This document shows positions 63,507 through 64,000 of a DNA stretch of 64,000 nt, in pieces (positions within the stretch are counted from its first letter, which is position 1; every line of letters starts with the position of its first letter). The position numbers and the translations under genes were made by a program. Source of the stretch: Vicinamibacterales bacterium (GTDB taxonomy: Bacteria > Acidobacteriota > Vicinamibacteria > Vicinamibacterales > CAVVIG01); contig CBDDJX010000002.1 of NCBI GenBank assembly GCA_965229885.1, forward strand, positions 509,127 through 573,126. Reading direction: 5' to 3'. The notes under the pieces are model-generated. The model ran no database searches. It saw only the letters and a program-made list of their open reading frames with translations, and was not told the origin of the DNA.

Positions 63507-64000
63507 GCGCACCGCGGCGAGATGCGGATCGGGGGGGCTGACTGTGAGCCAGGATACGTCCGTCGCTGCGTGTGCGCTAGATTTGTTGGATGAATTGTCC
63601 GGCGTAGGCAACCGCATGTACTAGGCAGGCAGCTGGTGCGATTGGATGACCTCGGGTACACACCGATGACCCCACCATGTTGACCGCCGCACGAGAATCA
63701 CGAACACCATCAGGGTTACCGCTGAAGAGCGGCAGGCGCGCCGCGGCATCCGTGTCGGCAAGGATCTGGAGGGTTTGTCCGTGAGGGCGGCGAGGCCGCT
63801 GCCGTCGAATGTGCAACATGGTCAATGGGACGATCGTGTCTGATTGTTCATCGAGATACACACCTTCATCGCCACCAACCCCTCTTTGCGTATCCGCTTC
63901 TACAACGTCCTTGCCCGACTGGGTGAGTTCGCAGTCACCCGACCGCGCGTCGTTCGTGCCACACGCGAGCGTTGACAAGCCACGCGCCTACATCTGAGGG

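Noticed and set aside
63577-63978. 133-aa minus-strand ORF at the window edge
   Set aside because: No recognisable family, no clear start context, and it begins next to the IS5 copy E terminus. There is insufficient evidence to call it.

Overview
High-GC bacterial accessory DNA that is heavily colonised and rearranged by insertion sequences. By my own boundary estimates about 22 kb, roughly a third of the window, is IS-derived. The elements are: an IS5/IS903-like family (3 intact transposase copies, 2 decayed full-length copies, at least 6 fragments and one MITE), three different IS481-type elements, an rve/DDE IS with a GAATTC-containing terminal repeat (2 copies, a 182-bp MITE and solo ends), IS3, IS6, IS630, IS110, IS1182-like and IS1380 remnants. 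Many transposases are pseudogenes through frameshifts or in-frame stops. Between them lie a few housekeeping-type genes: PutA, pterin-4a-carbinolamine dehydratase, a zinc metallopeptidase, an MltF-like lytic transglycosylase, two DUF5916/CBM9-like paralogs and tRNA-Arg(UCU). There are also several integrase-based elements. One is a compact P4-like module (int, hypothetical, AlpA, Toprim/VirE-type primase) followed by an AT-rich iteron field that is a likely origin. The most interesting non-IS cargo is as follows. (1) An IS5-bracketed cassette at 24.3-26.3 kb has two translationally coupled small ORFs sharing a Thr/Asp/Glu-rich C-terminal core, then a microviridin-type (MdnB/C-like) ATP-grasp ligase and a membrane protein. 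This is a candidate graspetide RiPP locus of a core type I do not recognise. (2) A 59-aa ORF is coupled to a Rad50/SbcC-like ABC ATPase with a CxxC hook; this gene is now frameshifted and truncated by a MITE. (3) A pair of ORFs (or one broken gene) ends in an Rx4H HEPN-like motif. (4) A decayed IS110 element has a structured leader carrying a second copy of its left-junction motif, which is a candidate bridge RNA; the element apparently inserted into an IS6-type inverted repeat. No CRISPR array, rRNA or reverse transcriptase was seen. All family assignments are from reading the translations by eye; no searches were run.
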